Source of the DNA: a virus
Lineage: Duplodnaviria > Heunggongvirae > Uroviricota > Caudoviricetes
Direction: 5' to 3' (one strand)
Virus record (IMG/VR): IMGVR_UViG_3300031998_000001
Coordinates: 109,064 to 173,063 of that record
DNA length: 64,000 bases
A program made the position numbers and the translations under genes. Of this stretch, positions 18,757 to 27,520 are shown in pieces. Every line of letters starts with the position of its first letter. Position 1 is the first letter of the stretch. The notes beneath the pieces are model-generated. The model saw only the letters and a list, made by a program, of their open reading frames with translations, did not search any database and was not told the DNA's origin.

Positions 18757-19884
18757 ATGAATTACGATGTAAATATTGCAAGGGACTTGGTGAACGCTCC
18801 GAAGGGACTTCGCCTCTGGTCGCCCCTTTTCGGTCAGTGCCGACTTGAAGAGTTGGTAATACCCGCGCAGGGTGGGTATAATGTAAAGGTGTCAACGGTA
18901 AGGGACAACGGGGAGGTGATAGAGCACTTCTTCGAGAATGACGGAAGGTATTTTAACGGCTACACGAAAGGCGAGTGTATGTTGTTCCCAGACGAATACA
19001 AGCGTTGGGAGGAGTGGCAGTATTCGTGCTTCCGCAGGAGCATAGGGTATGTGATAGTTCCGATTGAGGGGAGCGCGGTAAACCACACTTTCCTTATCAC
19101 GAGCCAAGACTCGTGCGTAAGGTCGAAGAACCCGACATTCAACTTTGAACTCGAATACAAGTGCAAGGGATACCGCTACGCCACGCCCGCAGAGACGGAG
19201 GATTTCTTCCGAGAACTTGTGCAGGCTGGCTACGAGTGGGACACCAACGCTATGAAACTCGTGAAACTCCCGTCAAGGGAAAAGGCTGACTTCGAGAAAA
19301 TTATGGAGCGCAGGGGGACTTGCAACTCGATGTTGAGCCGTGATGTTGTTTCTGACCGTAGCAACGGTGGTGTTGACAATGACGAATCCAGCAAGGGCGT
19401 TGATGTATCAGACCGCAAATACGGCAACTCGGTCTATACGAAGGTGCTTCACCCGAAGTACAATGTGGGCGAGTACATAGTTGCCGAGCACTGTGGGGAA
19501 ATCCTCGTCGGACCCGAAATGATAACGGAAGTGCTTGCCGACAAGTATGTGCTTGGCGACGACATATACCCGATACTCCTCGTTGACAGCGACAGCGACT
19601 TCCGCCTTGCTACCGACAGGGAGATTGCCGAAGTTACCGACAACGCAGGCGAGGGCTTCGGGCTTCCGCCCTTCAAGCCCTTCCTCAAGGTTCTCGTAAG
19701 GGACACGGACGGCGACCCTTGGGACATAGCGATATTCAAGTATTACAATAATCGAGAGAAGAACCACTACAAGTACGCCTGTATGGACGACGACTGGGCG
19801 CAGTGCATACCCTACAACGAGGAGACGGAGAAACTGCTCCGCACCACCGACAAGCCAGACGAGAAATATGTAACTTGGAGATAA
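18757..19884 (+). CDS. tandem paralogue family C, member 3
   Basis: APKGLRLWSPLFGQCRL, ECMLFP...WEEWQ, and C-terminal CIPYNEET. Confidence 0.6.
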   Translation: MNYDVNIARDLVNAPKGLRLWSPLFGQCRLEELVIPAQGGYNVKVSTVRDNGEVIEHFFENDGRYFNGYTKGECMLFPDEYKRWEEWQYSCFRRSIGYVIVPIEGSAVNHTFLITSQDSCVRSKNPTFNFELEYKCKGYRYATPAETEDFFRELVQAGYEWDTNAMKLVKLPSREKADFEKIMERRGTCNSMLSRDVVSDRSNGGVDNDESSKGVDVSDRKYGNSVYTKVLHPKYNVGEYIVAEHCGEILVGPEMITEVLADKYVLGDDIYPILLVDSDSDFRLATDREIAEVTDNAGEGFGLPPFKPFLKVLVRDTDGDPWDIAIFKYYNNREKNHYKYACMDDDWAQCIPYNEETEKLLRTTDKPDEKYVTWR

Positions 19885-19889
19885 AGACG

Positions 19890-20306
19890 ATGGAGGCGAA
19901 GGGCGAAGTCAACAGCATAATACCGACGCTTATGGTCGGGGACATTGTTTCCGTGCCAGAGCAAGGCGTAGTGAGAGTGGATGAGATTGCAATGGACGAA
20001 AACAGGCAATGGTACATTTCATTCGCCTGCTCCGCCACACTGTTCCGTTCGTACAATCCAAGCGAAATACCTGTAACCCCGCAGTTGCTTGACCTGAACT
20101 TTGTTCGGGGCTGGGGCAGGGAGACTTGGGTGCTTCCGGAAGGTGCGATACTGAAGCGGATGGAACACGCAAACGGCAATACGGACTACCTGTACGAAGG
20201 CACTCCGATATTCCTCTGCGCGGTGGACGAACTCCAGCACCTGCTCCGTATGTTTGGTCAGGACGGAATAGAGAAGGCTAACAATATTAAACTTTCGGAA
20301 AAATAA
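19890..20306 (+). CDS. hypothetical protein
   Basis: ATG MEAKGEVNS, in-frame with track ORF 19803. Confidence 0.5.
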   Translation: MEAKGEVNSIIPTLMVGDIVSVPEQGVVRVDEIAMDENRQWYISFACSATLFRSYNPSEIPVTPQLLDLNFVRGWGRETWVLPEGAILKRMEHANGNTDYLYEGTPIFLCAVDELQHLLRMFGQDGIEKANNIKLSEK

Positions 20307-20315
20307 CATTAGGCT

Positions 20316-20696
20316 ATGGAAGAAAAAGTAAACACAAAGGAAGCGTTCTGGTGGGACGGGAAGAAGTTCGAGCAGTTCGACGATTTGTTCCGCCGTTGCA
20401 CCGACCTTGCGAAGAAAAGGCGCACGGAAAAGAAGGCTGTCGAGATGTTCAACGGCTACGCCAAGTACATAGGCGAGGTCAACGGCTTGTCGGATGAAAA
20501 GGCTATGGAGTGCGCGAAGCACAACTTCGGCTACCACGCTGGTCGGTACGACAGGGAGACGGAGGATGCGGTCAATAGGGTGCTCGGTGCTTTCCACCCG
20601 TACTTCGGGGGGAGGAACTCCCACGATGTAACGCCAGAGGAGGCGATGAACGCTGGAATGAGGTATTTCACGGAATTGCATAACGAAAACAAATAG
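20316..20696 (+). CDS. hypothetical protein
   Basis: Packed ORF. Confidence 0.5.
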   Translation: MEEKVNTKEAFWWDGKKFEQFDDLFRRCTDLAKKRRTEKKAVEMFNGYAKYIGEVNGLSDEKAMECAKHNFGYHAGRYDRETEDAVNRVLGAFHPYFGGRNSHDVTPEEAMNAGMRYFTELHNENK

Positions 20697-20701
20697 GAAC
20701 T

Positions 20702-21502
20702 ATGAAGGACGCATTAGGCGACAGGATGAAAAGGTACGAGGCGAACGCGGACATAAGGCTTGTCCGCAGGACACCCGTGATAATAAGGATTGACGGCAAG
20801 GCTTTCCACACATTCACAAAGAAGTTCGACAAGCCGTTCGACCAAGTTTTTATGAAGGCTATGTTCGGGACGGCTCTGACATTGTGCGAGAACATACAGG
20901 GCTGTCGGCTCGGCTATACCCAGAGCGACGAGATTTCGCTCCTGCTGACCGACTACGAGAAACTGAACACAGACCCGTGGTTCGACAACCGCATACAGAA
21001 GATGTGCTCGATAGCCGCCTCGATAGCGACGCTCGCATTCAATCGGGCTTTCGAGCGTGCGGTAAGGGAGATTTCGGGGGAATATCCAGCCGAAAAGGTT
21101 GCGACATACAAGAGGAGCATTGCAATGGGCGGGATTTTCGATGCACGCGCATACAATGTCCCGAAGGACGATGTTACCAACTACTTCCTGTGGAGGCAGA
21201 ACGATGCCACCCGCAACTCGATACTTGGGGTAGGTCAGAGCGAGTTTACGCGCAAGAGGCTGATGAACAAGTCGTGCGACGAGATACAGGAGATGCTCTT
21301 TTTGGAGAAGGGCATAAACTGGAACGACTACGACACACCTCTCAAGAGGGGCGTGTGCATAAGGAAGGTCGGCAAGGAGGTCAACGGCACAGTGAGGAAC
21401 TTCTGGGAGATAGACTACGATATTCCGATATTCAGGGGCGAAGGTCGGGAGTATGTCGAGCAACTTGTGTTTCCAAACATTGACGAAAATGGAAGGGAAT
21501 AA
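20702..21502 (+). CDS. Thg1-like protein (tRNA-His guanylyltransferase family; 3'-5' nucleotide addition enzyme)
   Basis: MKRYEAN...RTPVIIRIDGKAFHTFTKKFDKPFDQ...GYTQSDEISLLL. This matches the Thg1/TLP core VVRIDGRAFHKF..KP.D...AYGQSDEISF. Confidence 0.7.
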   Translation: MKDALGDRMKRYEANADIRLVRRTPVIIRIDGKAFHTFTKKFDKPFDQVFMKAMFGTALTLCENIQGCRLGYTQSDEISLLLTDYEKLNTDPWFDNRIQKMCSIAASIATLAFNRAFERAVREISGEYPAEKVATYKRSIAMGGIFDARAYNVPKDDVTNYFLWRQNDATRNSILGVGQSEFTRKRLMNKSCDEIQEMLFLEKGINWNDYDTPLKRGVCIRKVGKEVNGTVRNFWEIDYDIPIFRGEGREYVEQLVFPNIDENGRE

Positions 21503-21710
21503 CTACTTGGACGAAAAGAGGAAGTTGTCGAAGGACACATACCGATGCGAGTGGAAACCCGCCTGTCGGGAGTGTGCCTTCTTCAACCACTCGATACTGA
21601 TATGCAGGCTGAACGAAATGCCCGTCAGGGCTGACATCGGTATCTGCGACGCATTCGAGCAGAATACCCGTATGGACGGTATTCCGTTTTCGGACGGGCG
21701 AAGTTTGTGA
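21489..21710 (+). CDS. hypothetical small Cys-rich protein
   Basis: ATG MEGNNYLDEKRK; four CxxC-like cysteines. Confidence 0.35.
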   Translation: MEGNNYLDEKRKLSKDTYRCEWKPACRECAFFNHSILICRLNEMPVRADIGICDAFEQNTRMDGIPFSDGRSL

Positions 21711-21742
21711 TTTTTCTGAAATTATAATAAATAGCCTATATA
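21710..21742 (+). promoter_or_regulatory. conserved promoter cassette, short copy d
   Basis: TTTTTCTGAAATTATAATAAATAGCCTATATATTGGTC. Confidence 0.45.
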
Positions 21743-22399
21743 TTGGTCTTGATGAAGAAGTCGGAGGACAGGATAATGTTTCGGAGCGGTGACAGGTACG
21801 GGATAGCGGACGGCTATGACATTGACGGAAGGTACATATACCCGAAGTCGGCGCAGGTTACAATGGACACCAACGGCAATACGGGCGTGTACTTCACCGA
21901 CAAGTTGTGGACACCGCCGAGCGCAACGGCAGTCCTTTCGGATGATGAGTATGTTGCTTTGAATCGGGAGTTTATGAAGTTGAGGAAACTTACGGATATA
22001 CAGCGAAGCACGCTTGACGCTATGGTAACTGCGAAACTGCGCAGGTCGGAGTCGAAGGAAGGTGACGGCATCGTGTTCGGCAGGAAGGTGCTTGTCCGCG
22101 ACATAGGCGGGGACAGGAACACACGTTACGGGATAGCGGAAAGTTGCACGGTGTCGGAGAACGGACGCACACTCAATCCGAAGTCACCGAAGACAGTGAT
22201 GGAAAGTCTCGGTATTACGGGCACATTCTTCGACAGCAGGTACTGGATTGTGCCAGAAACAATGTTTGTTCTTACGGATAGTGAATACGATATGCTTGAA
22301 GCAGGCTTCACGGAGATAAGGGAGATTATGGGCGCACAGCGCAATGCGCTTGTCGCGCTCGGAGAATTAAAGTTAAGGGGTGAAACGAATGAAAACTAA
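21743..22399 (+). CDS. hypothetical protein with twofold internal duplication
   Basis: DRYGIADGYDIDG...YFTDKLW...LSDDEY...L is repeated later as TRYGIAESCTVSENG...FFDSRYW...LTDSEYDML. Confidence 0.55.
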   Translation: MVLMKKSEDRIMFRSGDRYGIADGYDIDGRYIYPKSAQVTMDTNGNTGVYFTDKLWTPPSATAVLSDDEYVALNREFMKLRKLTDIQRSTLDAMVTAKLRRSESKEGDGIVFGRKVLVRDIGGDRNTRYGIAESCTVSENGRTLNPKSPKTVMESLGITGTFFDSRYWIVPETMFVLTDSEYDMLEAGFTEIREIMGAQRNALVALGELKLRGETNEN

Positions 22400-23291
22400 A
22401 ACGAACAATAACGGACTGAAGATGGTCATATTGCAGGGTGTTCCCGCAAGTGGCAAGACGACTTGGGCGAAGGAGTTCACCAAGAAGAAAAAGAACTGGG
22501 TGATTGTTTCCCGCGATGCCCTCGAAGAAGCGTCTGGCGGTTGCAAGGGCGTAAACCAGAACGGCTATGTGAACCAACTCGTGAAGTTCTCGATTATGAG
22601 TGCTTTCGAGAGGGGGCTTAATGTCGTGGTTGACGGTATGAACCTTGCCACAGACGAGGTGCAGGTGCTTCAGGACATCGCAAGGGACTACGGCGCGGAG
22701 GCGGAGCGCAGGGAGTTCCGCATAAGCCTGCCCGATGCGCTCGAACGGAACGCCAAGCGCACGGACAAGCACATATCGCCCGACAAAATAAAGGAGTTGT
22801 ATCGGGAGTACATCCCAGAGGAGTACAGGTATTACAACACCGACCACCGCAGGATAATGAATGCCAACCCAGACCTCCCGCCAGCCGTGATATGCGACAT
22901 AGACGGGACTGTGGCGTTGAGGAACGGGCGTTATGTGTTCGACAACCAGAAGGCGATAGAGGATACTTTCGACCCGCGTATGAAAAGACTGCTCTCGTTG
23001 CTCGAAAAGTCGGGCGTTGAAATCATATTCCTTTCTGGTCGGGAGGGGACGGATGAGTGCAGGGATGTAACGGAACGCTGGCTTGCGCTTCACGGCTTCG
23101 GGCATTGCAAACTCCTTATGCGCCCGAAGGGTGACAGCAGAGGCGACGAGGATGTCAAGTACAGCCTGTGGCATACGCTCGTAGCACCCAACTATGATGT
23201 GGTTGCGGTGTTCGACGACAGGGACTGCGTGGTGAAGATGTGGAGAAGTCTTGGGCTTCTGTGCAATCAGGTCTATTACGGAAACTTTTAG
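22389..23291 (+). CDS. pnk: polynucleotide 5'-kinase / 3'-phosphatase (T4 Pnk-like, Pnkp)
   Basis: N-terminal P-loop VILQGVPASGKTTW. C-terminal HAD-type phosphatase DIDGT (DxDxT) with SGREG and FDDRD. The track start 22380 is GTG; ATGs are at 22389 and 22422. Confidence 0.75.
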   Translation: MKTKTNNNGLKMVILQGVPASGKTTWAKEFTKKKKNWVIVSRDALEEASGGCKGVNQNGYVNQLVKFSIMSAFERGLNVVVDGMNLATDEVQVLQDIARDYGAEAERREFRISLPDALERNAKRTDKHISPDKIKELYREYIPEEYRYYNTDHRRIMNANPDLPPAVICDIDGTVALRNGRYVFDNQKAIEDTFDPRMKRLLSLLEKSGVEIIFLSGREGTDECRDVTERWLALHGFGHCKLLMRPKGDSRGDEDVKYSLWHTLVAPNYDVVAVFDDRDCVVKMWRSLGLLCNQVYYGNF

Positions 23292-23302
23292 CATTGATAA
23301 AT

Positions 23303-23587
23303 ATGAATGATAATAACAGCATCGCAAGGAAGATTGTGAAGGACGGCGCGAAGAAAAGGTGCTGTCCCGAACTCTCGGACGGTGATATGTTCGACGGGGC
23401 GTTGAGGATGGCGCAGTGGAAGGACAGGAGAGCCAAGACGGTGATAATGGACATCGTGTCGAACATACTCATAGACACCGAATATACGGAGGGCAAGGTT
23501 GATGCCTGCTCCGAAATCTACGAGAGGCTGTTCGGGGAGAAACTCATAATAAGGGGCGGCGCAATGGACAATAGCAAGGAGGAATAG
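23303..23587 (+). CDS. hypothetical protein
   Basis: ATG MNDNNSIARK, in-frame with track ORF 23240. Confidence 0.45.
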   Translation: MNDNNSIARKIVKDGAKKRCCPELSDGDMFDGALRMAQWKDRRAKTVIMDIVSNILIDTEYTEGKVDACSEIYERLFGEKLIIRGGAMDNSKEE

Positions 23588-23589
23588 TT

Positions 23590-24036
23590 ATGGCAAGGGA
23601 ATTATCGGCGGGAATAATAATAAAGTGCAAGAGTGGCTACCTTATGTGCCACCCGACAGGAAGGAAGTACGAGCGCGGGAACTACGACATACCGAAAGGT
23701 CACGTGGAGGGCGATGACAATACATACCTCGATGCCTGCCTGCGCGAACTCGAAGAGGAGACTGGCATAGTGCTCTCGGAGAACGATGCAAGGCAAATCA
23801 GGACGATAGGTCGCACGGACTACAACCCGAAGAAAGACCTCTACCTGTTCTACCTGTGGCTTCCGTACGACATAGACACGAGGAAACTCACCTGCAAGTC
23901 TATGTTCACCGCGAAGGACGGGCGGGAAGTCCCAGAGATGAACGGGTATATGCTCTCTATGGACATTGGCTGGCTCTATCCGAATATGAAGAAGGTGTTT
24001 GACCGGCTGCTCGACATTGACGGCAACCTGATTTAG
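23590..24036 (+). CDS. Nudix hydrolase
   Basis: Nudix box GHVEGDDNTYLDACLRELEEETGI (Gx5Ex7REUxEExGU). Confidence 0.75.
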   Translation: MARELSAGIIIKCKSGYLMCHPTGRKYERGNYDIPKGHVEGDDNTYLDACLRELEEETGIVLSENDARQIRTIGRTDYNPKKDLYLFYLWLPYDIDTRKLTCKSMFTAKDGREVPEMNGYMLSMDIGWLYPNMKKVFDRLLDIDGNLI

Positions 24037-24046
24037 AAAATCCGAT

Positions 24047-24112
24047 ATTTTCTGAAATCGCTATATATTTCCAATATATTAGTGATGGAAAGAAATAAAA
24101 GAATATAAGGAT
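24047..24112 (+). promoter_or_regulatory. conserved promoter/5'-UTR cassette, copy e (variant)
   Basis: TTTTCTGAAATCGCTATATATTTCCAATATATTAGTGATGGAAAGAAATAAAAG. Confidence 0.5.
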
Positions 24113-24703
24113 ATGGATAAGAAGAAAAGACAAAGCAAGTGCAAGTTCAGTGTTGATTATGAAATCTTGTACACCCCCGAAACCAACAACTACAACATCG
24201 TGAACCCATTGCTGGTGTTGCACAAGGCAAACGATTCGAGTTGCTACTTCATAAGTTTCGACACTTTAGAGAAGTGGGGCTTCCCGCGTGAAAGGGCAGA
24301 GAAATACGACAAGTTGCCGTTCACTTTTGTATGTGATGGCATTATAGTTTGCGCTCTTACCTTTGTCAAGTGCGTGGACGGCTTCAAGTACATACCGCAG
24401 GGCGACTACAAGAAGGGCTTGGCGAAGGCGCACATAACTTTGGAAAACTGCGACAAGTGGTGCAACAAGGACTGGAAGTTGTACGCGCTTGATGTCGAAC
24501 TTGACACGGAGGTCAAGAACCCGCTTGTCGGCAAGACATCGATTGCCTGTTACAGCAGTGGCAACGGAATCTGGCATACGGCAAAGACCGCGAACCGCCC
24601 GAACACCGCCCAACTGACGCTTGTGAACAGGCACTTCCTCTCGATGGACTGCAAGCAGCCTATGGCTGGCGGAAAGCGCATTAAAGATGTAATTGTATTA
24701 TAA
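24113..24703 (+). CDS. hypothetical protein
   Basis: ORF after the cassette. Confidence 0.55.
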   Translation: MDKKKRQSKCKFSVDYEILYTPETNNYNIVNPLLVLHKANDSSCYFISFDTLEKWGFPRERAEKYDKLPFTFVCDGIIVCALTFVKCVDGFKYIPQGDYKKGLAKAHITLENCDKWCNKDWKLYALDVELDTEVKNPLVGKTSIACYSSGNGIWHTAKTANRPNTAQLTLVNRHFLSMDCKQPMAGGKRIKDVIVL

Positions 24704-24718
24704 GCAAAAGCAACTGAA

Positions 24719-26050
24719 ATGAAAACAACTGAAAACAGCAAGAGTATCGATGCCACAGGCAACGAACTTGCAAGGAAATACAATCTGACGCTCAACCCGA
24801 CCACAGGTCTGTACGACTGCGACGGGGATGTTAAGGTCGGAAAGGATTTGGTTAAGGACGGAAGACTGGTCATTAGGTTCGGAACGGTTGATGGGGGATT
24901 TGATTGTAGCAAGAACAAACTGACATCTCTTGAAGGTTGCCCGCAGAAGGTTGATGGATTTTTTGATTGTAGTGTCAACAACCTGACTTCACTTGAAGGT
25001 GCGCCACAGAAGGTCGGCAAGGATTTCTATTGCGACCATAACTACTTGACATCACTCAAGGGTTGTCCGCAGGAGGTCGGCTGCGATTTCTACTGCGAGC
25101 AGAACATCCTGTCTTCACTTGAAGGCGCACCCCAGCGCATCGGCGGGTGGTTCTATTGCGCTAATAATCAACTGACATCTCTTGAAGGCGCACCACGGAA
25201 GGTTGGCGGGCAATTCTATTGCTGGGAAAACAAACTATCTTCCCTTGAAGGAGCACCGCAGAGCGTCGGTGGGGATTTCGATTGTAGCAACAATAACCTG
25301 ACCACCCTCGAAGGAGCACCGCAGGAAGTCGGCAGGAGTTTCGAGTGTAGCGGAAACAGCCTGACATCGCTTGAAGGCGCACCGCAGGAAGTCAGTGGAA
25401 GTTTTGATTGCAGTCATAACAACCTAACATCGCTCAAGGGAGCACCACGGAAGGTTGATAGTAATTTTAATTGCAGTAACAACAAGTTGACTTCCCTCGA
25501 AGGCGCACCAAAGGAAATCATCGGCTGGTTCGATTGCAGTTTTAACAACCTCCCCTCACTCGAAGGCGCACCGCAGGAAGTTGGTGAAGATTTTTATTGC
25601 GTCGGGAACAACCTCGCCACCCTCGAAGGAGCACCAAAGGAAGTCGGCGGGGATTTTTATTGCCAAGGAGATGTATTGGACGGCAAGGGCACGGCTACGG
25701 CTGGAAGCGATAAGGACGACAATGTGGCGTGTAATGCACCCAGCACTACGAAAACGAAAATCAATGTCATAGTCCGCACGGACGAAGGCTTCACGGTGGA
25801 AACCCACCACCCGCTTGTCGAGGCAAGACTCGCAAAGGAGTTCTGCGACAAGGTGGCGAAGGAAGGCGGGGAGCACAATGTCAATACCGTTTCCACGGAT
25901 GCGACGGATGTGTATTACACATACGCCACCGAAGTATTGGGCATTGAAGTCCACATTTATCTTGACGGGAAGGAAGTTACGATGCCTGAACTTTTTACAG
26001 ATTACAACAAGTCGATAGACTATTGCGCTGAAATTCTGGGGAGGGAATAA
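24719..26050 (+). CDS. tandem-repeat protein: about 14 copies of a 20-residue FxCSxNxLTSLEGAPQxVGG unit, plus a unique C-terminal domain
   Basis: Perfect 20-aa periodicity from residue 56 to about 315. LRR-like Leu/Asn spacing. Confidence 0.65.
   Translation: MKTTENSKSIDATGNELARKYNLTLNPTTGLYDCDGDVKVGKDLVKDGRLVIRFGTVDGGFDCSKNKLTSLEGCPQKVDGFFDCSVNNLTSLEGAPQKVGKDFYCDHNYLTSLKGCPQEVGCDFYCEQNILSSLEGAPQRIGGWFYCANNQLTSLEGAPRKVGGQFYCWENKLSSLEGAPQSVGGDFDCSNNNLTTLEGAPQEVGRSFECSGNSLTSLEGAPQEVSGSFDCSHNNLTSLKGAPRKVDSNFNCSNNKLTSLEGAPKEIIGWFDCSFNNLPSLEGAPQEVGEDFYCVGNNLATLEGAPKEVGGDFYCQGDVLDGKGTATAGSDKDDNVACNAPSTTKTKINVIVRTDEGFTVETHHPLVEARLAKEFCDKVAKEGGEHNVNTVSTDATDVYYTYATEVLGIEVHIYLDGKEVTMPELFTDYNKSIDYCAEILGRE
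24884..25663 (+). repeat. 60-nt-period coding tandem repeat array
   Basis: Repeated ...TTGATTGTAGCAACAACAACCTGAC..CTCGAAGGAGCACCGCAGGAAGTCGG... units. Confidence 0.7.
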
Positions 26051-26051
26051 T

Positions 26052-26432
26052 ATGGATGCAAACAAGGAATACGCACAAAGCCTAATGAAGTTTTGGGAGA
26101 AGAATTTTAACAAGTTGGACAGAACCCAGTTCGAGAAGGGCGATATGCCCAAATCACTCGGAAAGTGGCTGTATGAAATTGAGCATTACAAGGATGTAAG
26201 GCATTGGTCTGTAATGGAGGCTGCTTGGCTCGGTCTTGGGTGGTACAAGGGTGACAGGCAAAACCTTCCGTGCCGTTTCAATGAAGAGAACAAGAAAGTG
26301 CCAGAGGGCTATTTCCTATGGGACTATGACGGGGAGCAGTTCCTCGTTGATTGCGAGACGCACGATGCGTACCGCACGAGGAAAGTGGAGAAGGTGATAA
26401 GATACGAGGTGTATGAACCGATAAATGAATAA
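26052..26432 (+). CDS. tandem paralogue pair D, member 1
   Basis: KEYAQSLMKFWEKNF...GYFLWDYDGEQFLVD...YEVYEPI. Confidence 0.55.
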   Translation: MDANKEYAQSLMKFWEKNFNKLDRTQFEKGDMPKSLGKWLYEIEHYKDVRHWSVMEAAWLGLGWYKGDRQNLPCRFNEENKKVPEGYFLWDYDGEQFLVDCETHDAYRTRKVEKVIRYEVYEPINE

Positions 26433-26826
26433 GATTATGAAGAACGCTAATAAAGAGTATCTGGAGTGCCTTGTGAAGTTCTGGAAGGAGCACTTCGACG
26501 AGATTGACCAGACGAAATTCAGGGGCAACGAAATGCCGAGGACATACGAGGGGCTGTGCAAGTTTATGCGGGGCGACGAATACGCCTGCTACTGGCTTCT
26601 TTCGGAGGTCGCTTGGTGGGGAATGAAGGAGGAGTGTCCGAGAAACATAGCGCAACTCCTGTATAACGACGGAACGGACTTGTGCGCAGTCCCCGACGGC
26701 TACTGCCTGTGGGAGTATGACGGCAGGAAGTTCCTCATAGACTACGCGGGCGACTACGACGCATATCTCGTGAACGAGAGGGATGTGACCGTTACATATC
26801 ATATTTACGAACCGATTAAGGATTAG
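26425..26826 (+). CDS. tandem paralogue pair D, member 2
   Basis: KEYLECLVKFWKEHF...GYCLWEYDGRKFLID...YHIYEPI. Confidence 0.55.
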   Translation: MNKIMKNANKEYLECLVKFWKEHFDEIDQTKFRGNEMPRTYEGLCKFMRGDEYACYWLLSEVAWWGMKEECPRNIAQLLYNDGTDLCAVPDGYCLWEYDGRKFLIDYAGDYDAYLVNERDVTVTYHIYEPIKD

Positions 26827-26830
26827 AGTT

Positions 26831-27490
26831 ATGTTCATACCAGTACCTTTCATATATGGCAGCACATACCAGAAGTCGCCAGAGGAACTGAAGGCTGATG
26901 CCGAACTCCGTGCGTTCAACCAGCAGATGGAGAACGAGAAGTTCGAGAAAAAGAAAAGGGGCGAGTTCTGCGAGTTCCTGCGCACGAAGGGATTTACCCC
27001 GATATTGAAGTGCAACTACGGAGTACGCTTTATAAGCGACGAGTATCCGAACCTCTGGGGGGAGTACGACAACGGCGGGAATGTCAACCTCATCTGGTGG
27101 GCGCAGGGAGTAACATACAACTACAAGATATGGGAGGTGGAGTTCAGGCGATACGCCGACACTGCGGTCGAGGACATCATACGGGCTGTGTCGGCTGGCG
27201 GCATAGGCGGATGGGTGAAGCCGAATGTGCTGTATTTTCGGCTACCGAAGGAGAATATTGCCATAGATTTGGTGCGTGGCAATCCAGAGGATATGCACAG
27301 GGCATCGGAGATTATAGCGCACAACGGGAAGTGCGAGTGGTACACCACGGAGTACAAGACGAACGGCAGGCTCGAAGTCTATGCCCTCCCGAAGAAACAC
27401 AGGGTGATATTCGACAACGCGATGCTTATGCTTGCGCACGGCTTTGTCGGAAACCTGAAGAACATTGACCTTGAAAGTTATGACATTTAA
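26831..27490 (+). CDS. hypothetical protein
   Basis: Packed ORF. Confidence 0.55.
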   Translation: MFIPVPFIYGSTYQKSPEELKADAELRAFNQQMENEKFEKKKRGEFCEFLRTKGFTPILKCNYGVRFISDEYPNLWGEYDNGGNVNLIWWAQGVTYNYKIWEVEFRRYADTAVEDIIRAVSAGGIGGWVKPNVLYFRLPKENIAIDLVRGNPEDMHRASEIIAHNGKCEWYTTEYKTNGRLEVYALPKKHRVIFDNAMLMLAHGFVGNLKNIDLESYDI

Positions 27491-27520
27491 TATATGGACT
27501 ATAAATAATCAGAACGATAA

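Noticed and set aside
5044-22380. Track start codons at 5044, 13156, 14688, 17541 and 22380
   Set aside because: These positions are TTG/GTG in the sequence, because the track translates alternative starts as M. Starts were moved to the nearest in-frame ATG, except for 38856, where no ATG exists.
24113-24703. 2H-family cyclic phosphodiesterase, which would complete the healing pathway
   Set aside because: Only one HxT motif (AHITL) is present. The second candidate, WHTAK, does not fit H-x-T/S-x, so the two-motif requirement is not met.
24884-25663. Possible CRISPR array, because of the regular 60-nt repeats
   Set aside because: The repeats are in-frame coding units of a single long ORF (the 20-aa protein repeat). 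There are no unique spacers and no leader or cas genes.
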